Shown here in pieces: positions 14,130 to 27,813 of a stretch of 64,000 nucleotides of DNA (positions within the stretch are counted from its first letter, which is position 1; the number at the start of each line of letters is the position of its first letter). Origin of the DNA: Octopus vulgaris. Its lineage: Eukaryota. The stretch lies in assembly GCA_951406725.2 (NCBI GenBank), contig OX597842.1:5208001-5272000 (forward strand), given 5' to 3'. The translations under genes were made by a program, and so were the position numbers. The notes beneath the pieces are model-generated. The model did no database searches, was not told the origin of the DNA, and worked only from the letters and a program-made list of their open reading frames with translations.

Positions 14130-15500
14130 TTCTTTCTAATTTTTGGCACAAAGCCAGCAGTTTTAAAAGAAGGGGCAAGTTGGTTTCATCAACCCCAGTG
14201 CACCACTGGTACCTTATTCCCTCAACAAAGAAAAGATGATAGGAAAAGTCGACTTTGGCAGGAGTTGAACTCAGAACACAAAGAGTGGGTAGAAACGCTG
14301 CCAAGGATTTGGTCTGACATTAACAATTCTGCCAGCTTACCACCTTAAAAATATATAGGCACAAGGCCTAAAATTTTGAGGGGAGGGGCAAGTGGATTAC
14401 ATTGACCCCAGTGCTCAACTAGAACTCTATTGTATTGACCCCACAAGGATGTTAGGCAAAGTTGACTATGCCAGGATTTGAACCCAGAATGTAATGAGCC
14501 AAAAGAAATGCTGCTCTTTTTGATTGATTCCGCCAGCTCTTCACCTTAATAATAATAATAAATTCTTTCTACTTTAGAAAAAATGCCTGATATTTTGAGG
14601 GGAGGGGCAGTTGATTACATTGACACTCTCCTGTGCTTAACTGGTCCTTTATTTTATCAATCTCAAAAGGATGACAGGCAAAGTCTATCATGGTGAAATT
14701 TGAACTCAGAATGCAAAGAACCAAATGAAAAACCACTAAGCATTTTGTTGAATGCACTAATGATTCTGCTAGATCTCCACCCTCATAAAAATAATTTCTT
14801 TCTACAAAAAAGGCTTGAAATTTTGAAGGATGGAAGGGTAAGTCGACCTTGGCAGGATTTGAACTCAGAATGTGAAGAGGCAAAAGGAATGCCACTAAAC
14901 ATTTTGCACTAACAATTCTGCCAGGTTTCCAGCCTAATAAAATTAATTCCTATTTAGGAAAAAGGCTTGAAATTTTGAAGGATGAAAGGGTAAGTCTACC
15001 TTGGCAAGATTTGAACTCAGAATGTGAGGAGCCACAAGGAATGCCACTAAATATTTAGTCCAATGCACTAACAGTTCTGCCAGGTCTCCAGCCTCATTAA
15101 AAGGCTTAAAATTTTGAAGGAAGAAAGGGTAAGTTGACCTTAACAGCATTTGGAATGCAAAGGATTAGAAAACTTTCTAGAATAATTTGATTACTAAGTG
15201 ATACTCACTGAAATAAAAAAAAAAAAAGGAATATTCCCTATCAGGTAGATTTAGTAAACTCAAATTTTTCTTCAGAACTCATGTGTAATTATTATTAAGG
15301 TGACAAAATGGCAGAAATGTCAGCATGCCAGGCAAAACGCATAGAGACATTTTGTCCGTCTTTACGTTCTGAGTTCAAATTCAGCTTCGCCTGTTGACCT
15401 GCTTTGCCTTTCACCCTTTAGGGGGGTTGATTAAATAAGCACCTGCCAAGAACTGGGTCTCAACAACAGCAGGCCCTATGCCAAAATTTGAAACCATTAT
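14130..15500 (-). repeat. Tandem array of degenerate Meta-type SINE copies
   Basis: About 6 minus-strand units of aagtcgaccttggcaggatttgaactcagaa...ttctgccag, followed by one plus-strand copy near 15300-15500. Confidence 0.75.
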
Positions 15501-15923
15501 TATCATTATCATTATTATTGTTATTATTATTATTATGTGCAATATATATTTTGAATTATGTGTTTAAATCTTTGGTATATGCATTATTTGCATGTATGTA
15601 TGTGTATATATATATATATATATACACACACATGCATATATATATCTTATAAAATATAACTTTGGTGCTTGCATTTGGAATAATAAACATTTGCATTATA
15701 AGGTTTCCCCACCCATAATGCACCACTGTTCCCTTACCCACAATGCACCACTGCTTCGCTAACCACAATGCATCACTGCTTCACTCCCCGCACCACACAC
15801 CGCAGCATCCGATTGTTTGCTACATCACTGCTCATTATGTTAATATATTCTTAATTATAAATTCTTGAAGCTTCAAAGCTATGTATGCACATATACACAT
15901 ATATATATCTATACACACACATG

Positions 15924-15958
<35 letters not shown>

Positions 15959-16336
15959 ATACACACACATCTATGTATACATATATATATATATAGCCAT
16001 ACATATAGATATATATATATATATATATCCATACACAAACATGTATGTATATATATATATACATAGCCATACATACAGATATATATATATATCCATATTC
16101 ACACATGTATGTATACACACACACACACACATATATATATATCCGTATGTATATACATGTATATGCATATAAAGTCACCTTTATATGGTGTGTATATATA
16201 CATGTCTATGTATGTATGCATTCACACACACATTTTATATACGCTTGTAAACAAACCGTTATTTAAAATATTTTCTTTGGCAAAATGACAAATTCCTACA
16301 CCTAGATAAATGCCGAATGTATATAAGTATCTAGAA

Positions 16337-16388
<52 letters not shown>

Positions 16389-17130
16389 CTTGAAATTGTT
16401 AACTATTCAAAATTTTCTACACTTGTAAACAAAAGAGCTAATTACTAGATATATAAATCATGTGTGTATACACGTGACTATGATAATTATACACAAACAT
16501 GTGTATATAGTCTTAGCCAAAAGTTTAGGGTTGTTATTTTTACTAAAAATGGTAAATCATTGGATGTGTGTGTGTGTATGTGTATTTAATTTTTATGTCA
16601 AAATACCAAATTTGTTGGATATATAAGCTAAATGGTGGGTGTATATTGGTGCATTTGTTTATATGTGTGTGTCTATAAGTATAAATATATTTCTTTATCT
16701 TTCTTTATCTAGTTTCAGCTCACGAGCTGCGGCCATGCTGGGGCACCGCCATTTTATATATATTTGTATAAGTATAAATGTATGTGTATATAAGTATAAA
16801 CATTTATACATATAATGTGTGTGTGTGTACATATATATATATATATATATACATACACACATCTATGATATGAATATATTCATATATGAACTTGTATGTA
16901 TATACGCATCTATTCATACATAGAAAACACTATTATTTGTCAGCTGTTCTAAAACTTAAATCATTACATATCTATATATATCTATATGTATACCATTCTG
17001 CCTAAAAAAAATGGATCTACAAATGCAATATCCCTACATATCTCACATCTATTTTCTTTTATTTCCTCCACTTCACTCTCTATTTTATATCTTATCTAAA
17101 TTAACTATTTCTTAACCATCCTCTCACACC

Positions 17131-17178
17131 GTCTCCGATGAAGGGATATAATAAATATCCTCGAAACAGCTGTAAGAC
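17131..17178 (+). ncRNA. Minimal type-I hammerhead ribozyme motif (U4C variant)
   Basis: GUCU-CCGAUGA-A-GGGAUAU[AAUAA]AUAUCCU-C-GAA-ACAGCUGU-A-AGAC. Stem I is GUCU/AGAC, stem III is palindromic and the cleavage triplet is GUA. Confidence 0.65.
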
Positions 17179-17452
17179 CATCTATCTATAAATGTTCCAA
17201 AATCTACACAGCCTTCGTTTTTATATTTCATTATGAAAAAAATCTTTATATCTATATATATATAAACATGTCCGTATGCATATACAACCAGGTATGTATA
17301 CATACATGCACACATTTTTAACTGTCAGCGAATCAAAGTACCTTCTTTACCAAAATAACTTATCTCGGTATATTTAAGATCAAAGAGAAGAGTGTATATA
17401 AAAAAAAACATAAAAAACAGTCAAAATATAAACAGTTAATATATAGATACAC

Positions 17453-17493
<41 letters not shown>

Positions 17494-17636
17494 ATGTAAC
17501 ATGCATACATACATAATGCCTGTATATATGTACATATATATATACACACACACACAGATATACTATGAATATCATATAAGAATATTCTATAAAATATTCT
17601 CAAAGAATTATAACAGGATATATACATATTGTATAC

Positions 17637-17681
<45 letters not shown>

Positions 17682-18155
17682 CATATATATACACACATAT
17701 ATATATACACATATATATATATATACACATATATATTCTTGGGTGATCTATAGACAATATATTACTATAGGATATTCATGGAAAGATATATATATATACA
17801 TACATACATACATACATATATATATATATGTATATATATATACACATGCATACACACATACACACACATGTAACAAAGCAAAATAATAAAAAAGATAACT
17901 TAGCGTAACGTAGAACACTTTTAATATTGCTACCAATGTTTACAGATATTGAACAGTATTGAAAAAAGGCCATCAGGAATATCATGCATATTGTCTTTAT
18001 AATACATACATATCTATAGGTGTATATATATGTGTGTGTGAGTCTGTGTGTATATAATTTATATCATATGTATAATTATATTCTTATAATTACATTTATA
18101 TGCAGACATGCACACACATACATACACACACTCACATATATATACATACATATAT

Positions 18156-18204
<49 letters not shown>

Positions 18205-19229
18205 GGTGCAGACATTACAGTTGTAGAAACTAGTCAATCCATGTTACTATTGGCTTCAAAACTAATCGAAATAGTTGACTTTTTATCACCAAACCATTCT
18301 GAGCAATTTTAGAGCTACTAGTAACATGAACTGACTGGCTCCCACAATTGTAAAAAATATAAACTTTATATTCTTTATATTGAATGCTCTTGACTTTATA
18401 TATATATATATATATATATAAATATTTTGTTGTTGTTTTTTTTCATATAGTCATTCACACGTACACATGCACAGAATTAATTAGAAATTTGGTTAATAAC
18501 TAAAACGTTTGTGGTTTATCAGTGAATACTTTTGCCACTACAGATAAGCCAAAACAATTCTGCTGGGGCCCCTCACAAACTGGCCACTGACTGCTACCTC
18601 TAACTGAAAGCCACCACCACATCACATCACATGATTGGTTAAGTCACCTACCCACTATTTTCATTTGGAACTTCACTGAAGACCATCCACCAATATCGAA
18701 AGAATGAATGAATGAAACAATGGTAAGGATTTGAATATATAATTACTTACATGCACACATTTCTCACACACACACACATTCTTTATTTGTGGATTTTCAA
18801 CTTTTCAGCACTACCACATGTTTCAGGCATTAACAATTTACAATTTTCTAGTATTCCATTTAAAAGTGCTCATTTTTACTGTTCACCACTAATACATATA
18901 TATATATAGAGAGAGAAAAAGAGACAGTCACATACACATATGTATCATATATACACATATACGGATTCAAAGTTTTGTCCTTCATGTAGCTACTCCAAGT
19001 ACCTCAATTACAATCAAGTTGCGGGAGGTGACTGCTAGGAGATTCTGGGGTGACTCAGAGCCTGGAAACCAGAATTCCTAACTGGTTTCAAGTTCCTTGA
19101 AGAATAAGGATAGCAACATAGGAATGGTAAACTCAGAGTACCCACAAAGTAAATGCTCCCAGCTTCAAATAAATATACTCTTATACATGGACTGAGTGCA
19201 TTCTTTTCTCTCTTATACATCAGGACATA

Positions 19230-19262
<33 letters not shown>

Positions 19263-19633
19263 GTGTGTGTGTGTGTCTGTGTGTATGTAATAGATTTTAA
19301 AATATAGTTCACATAATATATGTAGGGAAAGACATTAGCATAATATATGTAGAGAGAGAGACATTAGCATAATTTATGTAGAGAGACACATTAGCATAAT
19401 ATATGTAGAGAGAGACATTTATATTAATATGTGAAGAGATTCACTGTCAAGCAGAAGCGATTCCACTGCGTGCATAAATAGCTGAATGTGTGTGTGTGTG
19501 TGTGTGTGTGTGTTTGGGGGTAGGCGACAGAGTTAACAACAGTTTGCTGAAGGGGCAATGGTGATAGTGGTGGTGGTGGTGGAGGTGGTACAGTGGTGTT
19601 AAGCAGTACATACACATAACACTATGTGTGTGC

Positions 19634-19665
<32 letters not shown>

Positions 19666-19799
19666 ATATATATATATACACACACACATATATATATATA
19701 TATATGTTGCAGGCTTGATTGACAGAGTAACCATAGCAACAATAACAAGAACAATAATAATAATAATAACAACAACAATAGCAGCAATCCAGGTGAAAA

Positions 19800-20990
19800 T
19801 GGCAATAATATTGGGTATGGGGTAAGGTATAGGGTGCTGACGGTGTTTTGTAGTGGTATTGGTGTGTTGTGGTTGTGATGGTAGTGGTAGAGTGGTATGT
19901 TGTAGGGCGATGTGTTGTACTGGTGGTAGTGTTGTCACATTGTGGTAGTGTTGTAGTAGTGGTGGTGGTGGTAGTGGTGGTTCTGTAGATATAGTAAGTA
20001 GTGTGGAGTATGGTACAAAGTATAGCGTGGTGATGTTGTAGTAACGGTGGTAGTGGTGGTTCTGTAGGTGTAGTATGGTACAAAGTATAGTGTGGTGGTG
20101 TTGTAGTAGCGGTGGTAGTGGTGGTTCTGTAGGTGGTGTGTCATGTTATAGTAAGTAGTGATGTGGTATGGTACAAAGTATAGTGTGGTAGTGTTATGGT
20201 ATGGTACAAAGTATAGTGTAGTAGTGTTGTGGTATGGTACAATGTACAGTGTGGTGTGTGATGCTGGTATATAGTACAATGCATAGTGTAGTGTGTGATC
20301 GCAGTGTTGTAGTATAGTACAGTGTATGGAGTGGTGTGTGAAGTGGATGTTGTAGTATCTTACAGTGTATACTGTGGTGTGTAATGGAGGTGTAGTATAG
20401 TATAGTACAGTGTATACAGTGGTGTGTGATGTTGGTGTTGTAGTGTGATACAGCGTATGAGATGTGGTATGTAGTGGTGATAGTGTGATGGTCTTATACA
20501 GTGTACTACAGTATAGTACATAGTGTGATAGTGGTACATGACATAGCGTAGTGTGGTGTGTAGAATAATGACAGTATGTGTTGTAGTGTGCAGTGTAGTA
20601 AGGTATTGTACATAATGTAATAACAATGTGGAATATGCTGTGGTATGGTACATAGCATGTAGTGTGCTTATGTTATGCAGCAATGCTGTAGTATGTGGTG
20701 TAGTGCGATGATAGCATGTGATAGTGTAGTACGTAGCATAGTGTTATACAGTGTTTTGTAGTGTGGCATTGGTGATAGTATGTAGTGGTACTCTGATACA
20801 TGGTTTAACATGAGAATGGTGGTACAGTATAGAACATTGTGTTGTTTGGGATGTAGTGTGGTTTAGTCCGGTGTAATGTGAACAGAGTATGTGATACAGT
20901 GTAGTGTCTAGAGTGGTGTTGCATGAAACATAGTAGTGTGATGTAGTGTGGGATGTAGTACTGTGGTGTTGTGTGTGCTGTAGTGCAGGT
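19800..20990. repeat. G/T-skewed low-complexity tract ((GTG/GTA)n, gtagt-type degenerate repeats)
   Basis: Strong strand skew. The unit tatggtacaaagtatagtgtgg is repeated. Confidence 0.8.
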
Positions 20991-22173
20991 CGGGTAACAT
21001 CAGGGTGGAGGGCCAAGGAAAAGTCGTCCATTTTCGCTTTCGCATCAGTAACAAAACGATTTTAAATAAAAATTTTGTGACATAAAAAGAAAAAAAAATT
21101 TAATTAGTTTAAATAGATTTTGTTTTTTTTTTCAAATAAATTAACGAGGCAGATGTGTGAGTGTGTGTATGCATATATATATATATATGTATGTGTTTAT
21201 ATAAATCAATTTGAGTATACAGTAACCAAACTAGCACACACACACACACAAATATATATACACATACATATAGATATGTATATATATCCACATACATATA
21301 TACACATATATACATCCACATACATATATATACATACATATATACACATATAAACATATATACACATATATACATACATACATATATACACATATATATA
21401 CATACATATATACACATACATATATACATACATATATACACATACATATATACATACATATATACACATATATACATACATACATATATACACATATATA
21501 CATACATATATACATATATATACACACATATATACATACATATATACATATATATACATACATATATACACATATATACATATATATACATACATATATA
21601 CACATATATATACATACATATATACACATATATACACATATATATACACATATATACATATATATATACACATATATATATACACATATACATTATCATC
21701 ATCATCGTTTAGCGTCCGTTTTCCATGCTAGCATGGGTTGGACGGTTACACATACATACACATATATACATATATACACATACATACATACATATATACA
21801 CATACATATATATAAACACGTACATACATATACATACATATATATATACATACATGTGTATATATATATATATATATACACACTTTTACTGAATCCAGCC
21901 ATAAAGTTATGCCCATATTGGTGAACATACACACATACTCAAACACACACACACACACACACACAGATACATACACACTTAGAAATGCATATGCAAGCTT
22001 TACTTGTTTCAGTCACTGGACTGCGGCCATGCTGGGGCACCACTTTGGAGGGTTTTAGTCAAACGAATCAACCCCAGGACTTTTTAAAAAAAAAAACCTG
22101 GTGCTTATTCTATCAGTTATACACGCATAGATAAACGCTCAAATATACACACAACCAGGGCACATAGATACGT

Positions 22174-22205
<32 letters not shown>

Positions 22206-22466
22206 GCATACATATACACACATACAAGCAGAACCTGTAAGCTGATGTAAGTGGGAGAAGGGGGGGGGCAGACACACTTGGTGTCCCACAAGGAAGGCAG
22301 CATTTTGCATCGTATATATGTTTATAAAGCTGCCTTACATATGGGACAACTCTTGGAAAAGAAAAACACACACACACATACATACATACACACAAGCACC
22401 TGTAAGTATTCACACACAAACATCCACACACAGACAGACAGATAAGCACACAAACATACTAAAACC

Positions 22467-22514
<48 letters not shown>

Positions 22515-22965
22515 ACACACACATACATACATACATACATGCACACGCTTACATACATGCATAGCGTAAAATTCGGTGGGAATGAATGAGAGAGGGAGGG
22601 AGAGAAGTAGGGAGTGGTTTTGTGGTAGTAGTGTGAGGTGGTGGGCGGAGTTAAATGCACAGGCCACACCTCCTACCCTCATTTCACTAAAAGGTGAGAG
22701 AGAAAAAAACCCTCCCTGTATCTCTCCCCTCTCTCTCTTCCTTTCACTCTCTCCCCCCCTCTTACAATTGGCTGGTTGATTTAGCAGGCAAGGGGGATGG
22801 GCGGGGACACGACATGATGTCTTGTCAAAGGGGGGAGTGGTGGAGGGTAGAGGCAGTAAAGTAAAGTAAGTTAAGTAGGGGCGCAGCAAGGAGGGAGGCG
22901 TGGCCAGCAGGCACCACCCATTACGTCAAGTGCAGACCATGGGGCGGTGTGAAACAGCACCCATC

Positions 22966-23287
22966 CTACTTCTCCGCAGCTAACACATCAGTCACACCTC
23001 CTCCTCCCATTCCTCCGCCCACTGCTACGTTGCTGCCACTGGCTGGCTTCTTCTTGGCCTTTGCCGGAGAAGTTGACTGGAAGACACTGCTTGCGGACAT
23101 CAGGTTTTCGATGTATTGGCCCAAAACCTGGTTCTCGGATTTCAACTTTAGGTTTTCCTCCTTCACTGAATCCACCCGGGTGGATAAGTCATCCAAGGTG
23201 TTCTGCAATTCCAGCACCTGCGAGATCAGTCGGTGTTTTTCCTCCTCTTCGTCCCGGTTCATGTCTGGAGCTAAACTATGGCTGCTG
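22966..23287 (-). CDS. SCOC: Short coiled-coil protein (SCOC/UNC-69 family), terminal coding exon
   Basis: ORF 22966-23262 encodes [55 protein letters not shown], matching the conserved SCOC coiled coil as I recall it. A polypyrimidine tract and CAG acceptor (ttctctctcttttacacccacag) end at 23288. The frame is open from the acceptor ([12 protein letters not shown]) to TAG at 22966-22968. Confidence 0.93.
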
Positions 23288-23444
23288 CTGTGGGTGTAAA
23301 AGAGAGAGAAAGAAATGGTTAGTGAGGAGAAGAGAGAGACACAGAGAGAGAGAGAGAGTTAAAATGGTGATGAGAGAGGTAGAGAGAAAAAGAGAGAAAG
23401 TGGAAGACGAGTGTGTTAGAGGAGAGGAAGAGAGAGACAGACAA

Positions 23445-23464
23445 GTGTATAGACAGATAGACAA

Positions 23465-23497
<33 letters not shown>

Positions 23498-23600
23498 AGG
23501 AAATAGATAGATAGATAGATAGATAGACAGACAGATAGATAGATAGACAGACAGACAGACAAGGAAATAGATAGATAGATAGATTGTTAGATAGATAGAC

Positions 23601-23649
<49 letters not shown>

Positions 23650-23690
23650 AAGATAGACAGAAAGATAGACAGATAGATAGATAGATAGAC

Positions 23691-23742
<52 letters not shown>

Positions 23743-23900
23743 GTAGGTAGATAGATAGATAGGTAGATAGATAGACAGATAAGCAGGTAGAAAGATAAGT
23801 AGGTAGATAGACAAATAGGTAGATAGGTAGATAAGTAGATGGATAGATAGGTAGACAGACAAAAACAGCGAGATAGATAAAAAGGTAGATAGATAGACAA
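23445..23900. repeat. (GATA)n/(GACA)n microsatellite in the SCOC intron
   Basis: Direct tetranucleotide repeats. Confidence 0.95.
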
Positions 23901-24695
23901 AAGTAGCTACATAGACAGAGGGGGAGGAGAAAGAATTAGAGAAACACAGTAAGAGTGGGAGAGACAGAAGACAGAGGGTGAGGAAGAGAGAGAGGAAGAC
24001 ATAGGGATAAGGACATAGCAGAAAAGTTAAAGAGAGTTTGTATGATGGTGATACACATCTAGAACTATCACGTGATGTCAAGACAATGATATACACAAAC
24101 ACACACATTTATAAAGATATATTTTGCTTAAGTATTGCTCAACTAATAACCTGGTGTAGAACTCAATATACAAAATGAAGCATTAGTCGAGTACAGAGCA
24201 GTAATAAGAAAACTAGATGACAAAGGAACAGACAATAATTTTTGAACTTCACTAGCTTACAGATGTTTCTGCTGCATGATGCAGTGGTCTCATAGTTGAG
24301 TGCCTGAGTAACATCTTAAAGCTTCATCAGAGCCTCATATACGGTAGTGCAATTTATATGGCAAAACAATTACATTTATGCATATATATATGGTGTTATA
24401 TATATATATATATATATATAGGTGTTTTCGCTCAATTAACACACACAACGCCTGGTCTAAGAATCGAACCTGCGATCCTCTGACCGCAAATCCGCTGCCC
24501 TAACCACTGGGCCATTGTGCCTCCACTATATATATATAATTAATAATAATAATATTAGGGAGTAAATCCAAACTTACAGGGAAAAATTAGATTTAGGATT
24601 AACTCTAATTTTATAGTATAAATATATATATATATTATATTAAATTAGAGATAAAATCACTATTAGGCAAATCAAATAGTGAAAATCATAAACCA

Positions 24696-24731
<36 letters not shown>

Positions 24732-24742
24732 GTGTGCGCACA

Positions 24743-25297
24743 CATGCAGGAAGTAAATAGACACCTTTAATTTTCAAAATTTCTGATAGAAGCGTCTTAA
24801 TATGTTTTCAGCAGTGTAGAATTTACAAAGTAATTATTCTTTTTCATTCCAGGTGCCATTATATTAAACATTTGCAAAGAGTAACCATGCCATGCACAAA
24901 AAATTCAGCAGAACTGTCAGATTTTCAAAGAGGTCGTATTGTTGGGGAATCTAAGGCTGGTCTTAGCCAGTGAAATATTGCTGAAAATCTTCAAATTCTT
25001 CTTGCTACTGTTAATAGAATTATAGTACAATTCAAAAGCCAAGGAAAAGAATCAACAGATTCTCGTCCCGGCCGACCTGGGCCCTCGGAAAGGAAGCTTT
25101 GCTGTTTGAAGAGAATTGTGGAAAACAAACCCCGTTTGAAGGCTTTCGATATTGCAAAACAGCCAGAAGTTAGTCCAAGAATGTGTGTTTAAGCTTGGGT
25201 TTTATGGACAAGCAGCTAGAAGAAAACCTCTCCAGCAACCAATTAATATCAAATAAAAGATTTTGAAAATTAAAGGTGTCTATTTACTTCCCACATG
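24743..25297 (+). mobile_element. Internally deleted Tc1-like transposon
   Basis: TIR ggaagtaaatagacacctttaattttcaaaat has its reverse complement at 25260-25291. From ATG 24887 the frame reads MPCTKNSAELSDFQRGRIVG...TVNRII...RPGRP (paired HTH and GRP motif) with a stop. Confidence 0.88.
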
Positions 25298-25299
25298 TC

Positions 25300-25394
25300 T
25301 GTGTGTGTGTGTATGTAAATATGTAAGTATATATATATGTATGCATATGTGTATGTATGTGTATATATGTATGTATGTGTATAAATATGTATGT

Positions 25395-25430
<36 letters not shown>

Positions 25431-25509
25431 GTATGTATGTATATATATATATATATGTATGTATGTATATATATATGTATGTATGTATATATATATGTAT
25501 ATATGTAGG

Positions 25510-25542
<33 letters not shown>

Positions 25543-25639
25543 ATATATGTATGTATGTGTGTATGTATGTATATATATACATAAATATGTATGTATATAT
25601 ATGTATGTGTATATATATATATATATATTTATGTATATG

Positions 25640-25670
<31 letters not shown>

Positions 25671-25709
25671 GTATGTATATATATATATATGTATGTATAT
25701 ATATATATG

Positions 25710-25748
<39 letters not shown>

Positions 25749-25804
25749 ATATATATATATATATATATGTATCTATGTGTATATATATGTATGTGTATAT
25801 ATAT

Positions 25805-25846
<42 letters not shown>

Positions 25847-25899
25847 ATATATATGTATATATATATGTATGTGTATATATATATATGTATATATATATG

Positions 25900-25944
<45 letters not shown>

Positions 25945-26075
25945 ATATATATATATATGTATGTATACATGTATGTGTATATATATATGTATGTATGTAT
26001 GTATACATGTATGTGTATATATATATATGTATGTATACATGTATGTGTATATATATATATATATATACACACACA
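25300..26075. repeat. (TA)n/(TATG)n microsatellite
   Basis: Direct repeats, and the source of the spurious YI-rich ORFs. Confidence 0.95.
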
Positions 26076-26222
26076 CTGTTGATACATGGATATGCTATCC
26101 TTAAACCTAACTTAGTGTCCTCATCATTAAAATACCTTGATTCAATCGAATCCTGCCAATAATTAAATACATGATGAATTTGTGTTGCATGATTCCTGAT
26201 GTGAAACCGTGTGTTGACACAG

Positions 26223-26398
26223 ATATTGTATTTCGGGATGGTAATTTTCCCTTTTTTTTTTTTTTTGCCAAACAAACACATGCATTATATATATTCGTTC
26301 TTCACTCATTTGTTACTTTTATTTCAACTCCTTTGGACCTGAGTTGAAAAAGAACAGTGAAAAAAAAAAAAGAAAATGGCCGTCCCGAAATACAATAT
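26223..26398. mobile_element. Short MITE-like element
   Basis: TIRs atattgtatttcggga(t/c)gg and ccgtcccgaaatacaatat. Confidence 0.65.
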
Positions 26399-26659
26399 GT
26401 GTGCTTGTATGTGTGTGTAGAGTATTTATGAAATTACTTGATACAGTTATAATACTTAGAGAAAGATTTTTTTCAAAAAGTTAGGATTAAGAAAAACCCT
26501 TTTTAAGAAATAGAATGGTACTAACCTTTAAGAAGGAATTTCACAAACTGTGTGTAGGCTTTAATATATGTGCACATTTATTAAAGCCTACACACAATTT
26601 GTGAAATTCCTTCTTAAAATTTAGTACCATTCTAACCTCTGAAAAGGATTTTTTCTTAA

Positions 26660-26879
26660 CCCTTTCATTACCAACCCGGCTGAAACCGGCTCTGGCTCCG
26701 AGTACAAATGTCTTGTCTCCATAAGTTTTGAATTAAAATCTTCCACCAAACCTTAGTCACAATTTATGTTCCTAACACTAGCTTAATGATAACTAAGTTA
26801 TTTTACTAAATTCTTTGTTATATTTTAAGTAATTGAAAGAAACACAGAGCATCTCAAAATAAATACAGTAATGAAAGGG
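26660..26879. mobile_element. TTAA-flanked piggyBac-like MITE inserted in a palindromic element (26455-26915)
   Basis: Ends read TTAA|ccctttcattac...gtaatgaaaggg|TTAA. The host palindrome is centred on atgtgcacat near 26572 and resumes after the insertion. Confidence 0.85.
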
Positions 26880-27177
26880 TTAATCTTAACTTTTTGAAAA
26901 AATCTTTCTCTAAATAAATATATATATATGTAGTTAATCCAAACATGAAAACACAAAGAGAAAACACAACAACGCGAGGAAGTGGAACAAGTATAGTGTT
27001 ATTGGACACTCAGGAAAGGAAAGAAAGAAGGAGGATTTAATGTTTTGAGTGGAACTCTTTGTCAGAAACATAGGAAAAGGAAAGATCCAAGGAAGGGAAG
27101 ACGGAGGAGCATCTCAACAGAAATATAGTAACGAAAGGGTTAATCTTAACTTTTTGAAAAAATCTTTCTCTAAATAA

Positions 27178-27214
<37 letters not shown>

Positions 27215-27303
27215 GTTAATCCAAACATGAAAACACAACAACGTGAGGACGTGGAACAAGTATAGTGTTATTGGACGCTCAGGAAAGAAGGGAAGAAGAA
27301 CAG

Positions 27304-27336
27304 TTTAACGTTTCGAGCGGAGCTCTTCGTCAGAAA
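27304..27336 (-). ncRNA. Minimal type-I hammerhead ribozyme with intact core (family B element)
   Basis: UUU-CUGACGA-A-GAGC[UCC]GCUC-GAA-ACGU-U-AAA. Other copies lie at 27036-27069 (-), 49528-49561 (-), 50422-50456 (+) and 52795-52828 (-). Confidence 0.72.
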
Positions 27337-27411
27337 TATAGAAAAAAGGAAAGATCCAAGGAAGGGAAGACGGAGGAAAAAAAATCGCCAACGGTACACA
27401 CGAGGTCACAG

Positions 27412-27462
<51 letters not shown>

Positions 27463-27813
27463 CACTAGAAATAACAGTGTAGGGACTAATGAGATTGTGG
27501 TGTGGTGGATTAATTAGGTAGTGAGGGTATGTGCTGTGGTAGAGTACTCAGGTAAATGAGTCCATATTATGTGGTGGTCATGTGGTGATGATGTATAATA
27601 GTGAAAACTCATGTAGCAATGGTGGTCTAGTGTGGTAATTAACAAGAGCATGTGGTGTTGTAGTGAGGACGTAGTATGGAGTGGTGGACTGCAATGTATG
27701 GAACATGATAATGCAGAATATCAGTGACAAGAAATGCTGAGTGGAGTTTCAGGTGTAATAGGTATATTACAGGTGTACAGTCCTAGATTAATACTACAGG
27801 TGCTTGAACATAC

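Noticed and set aside
22966-23262. SCOC as an intronless retrocopy
   Set aside because: A strong splice acceptor lies just upstream, and no poly(A) tail or TSD is evident.
22949-23474. Plus-strand ORFs overlapping SCOC
   Set aside because: They are antisense shadows of the SCOC exon and the adjacent GA repeat.
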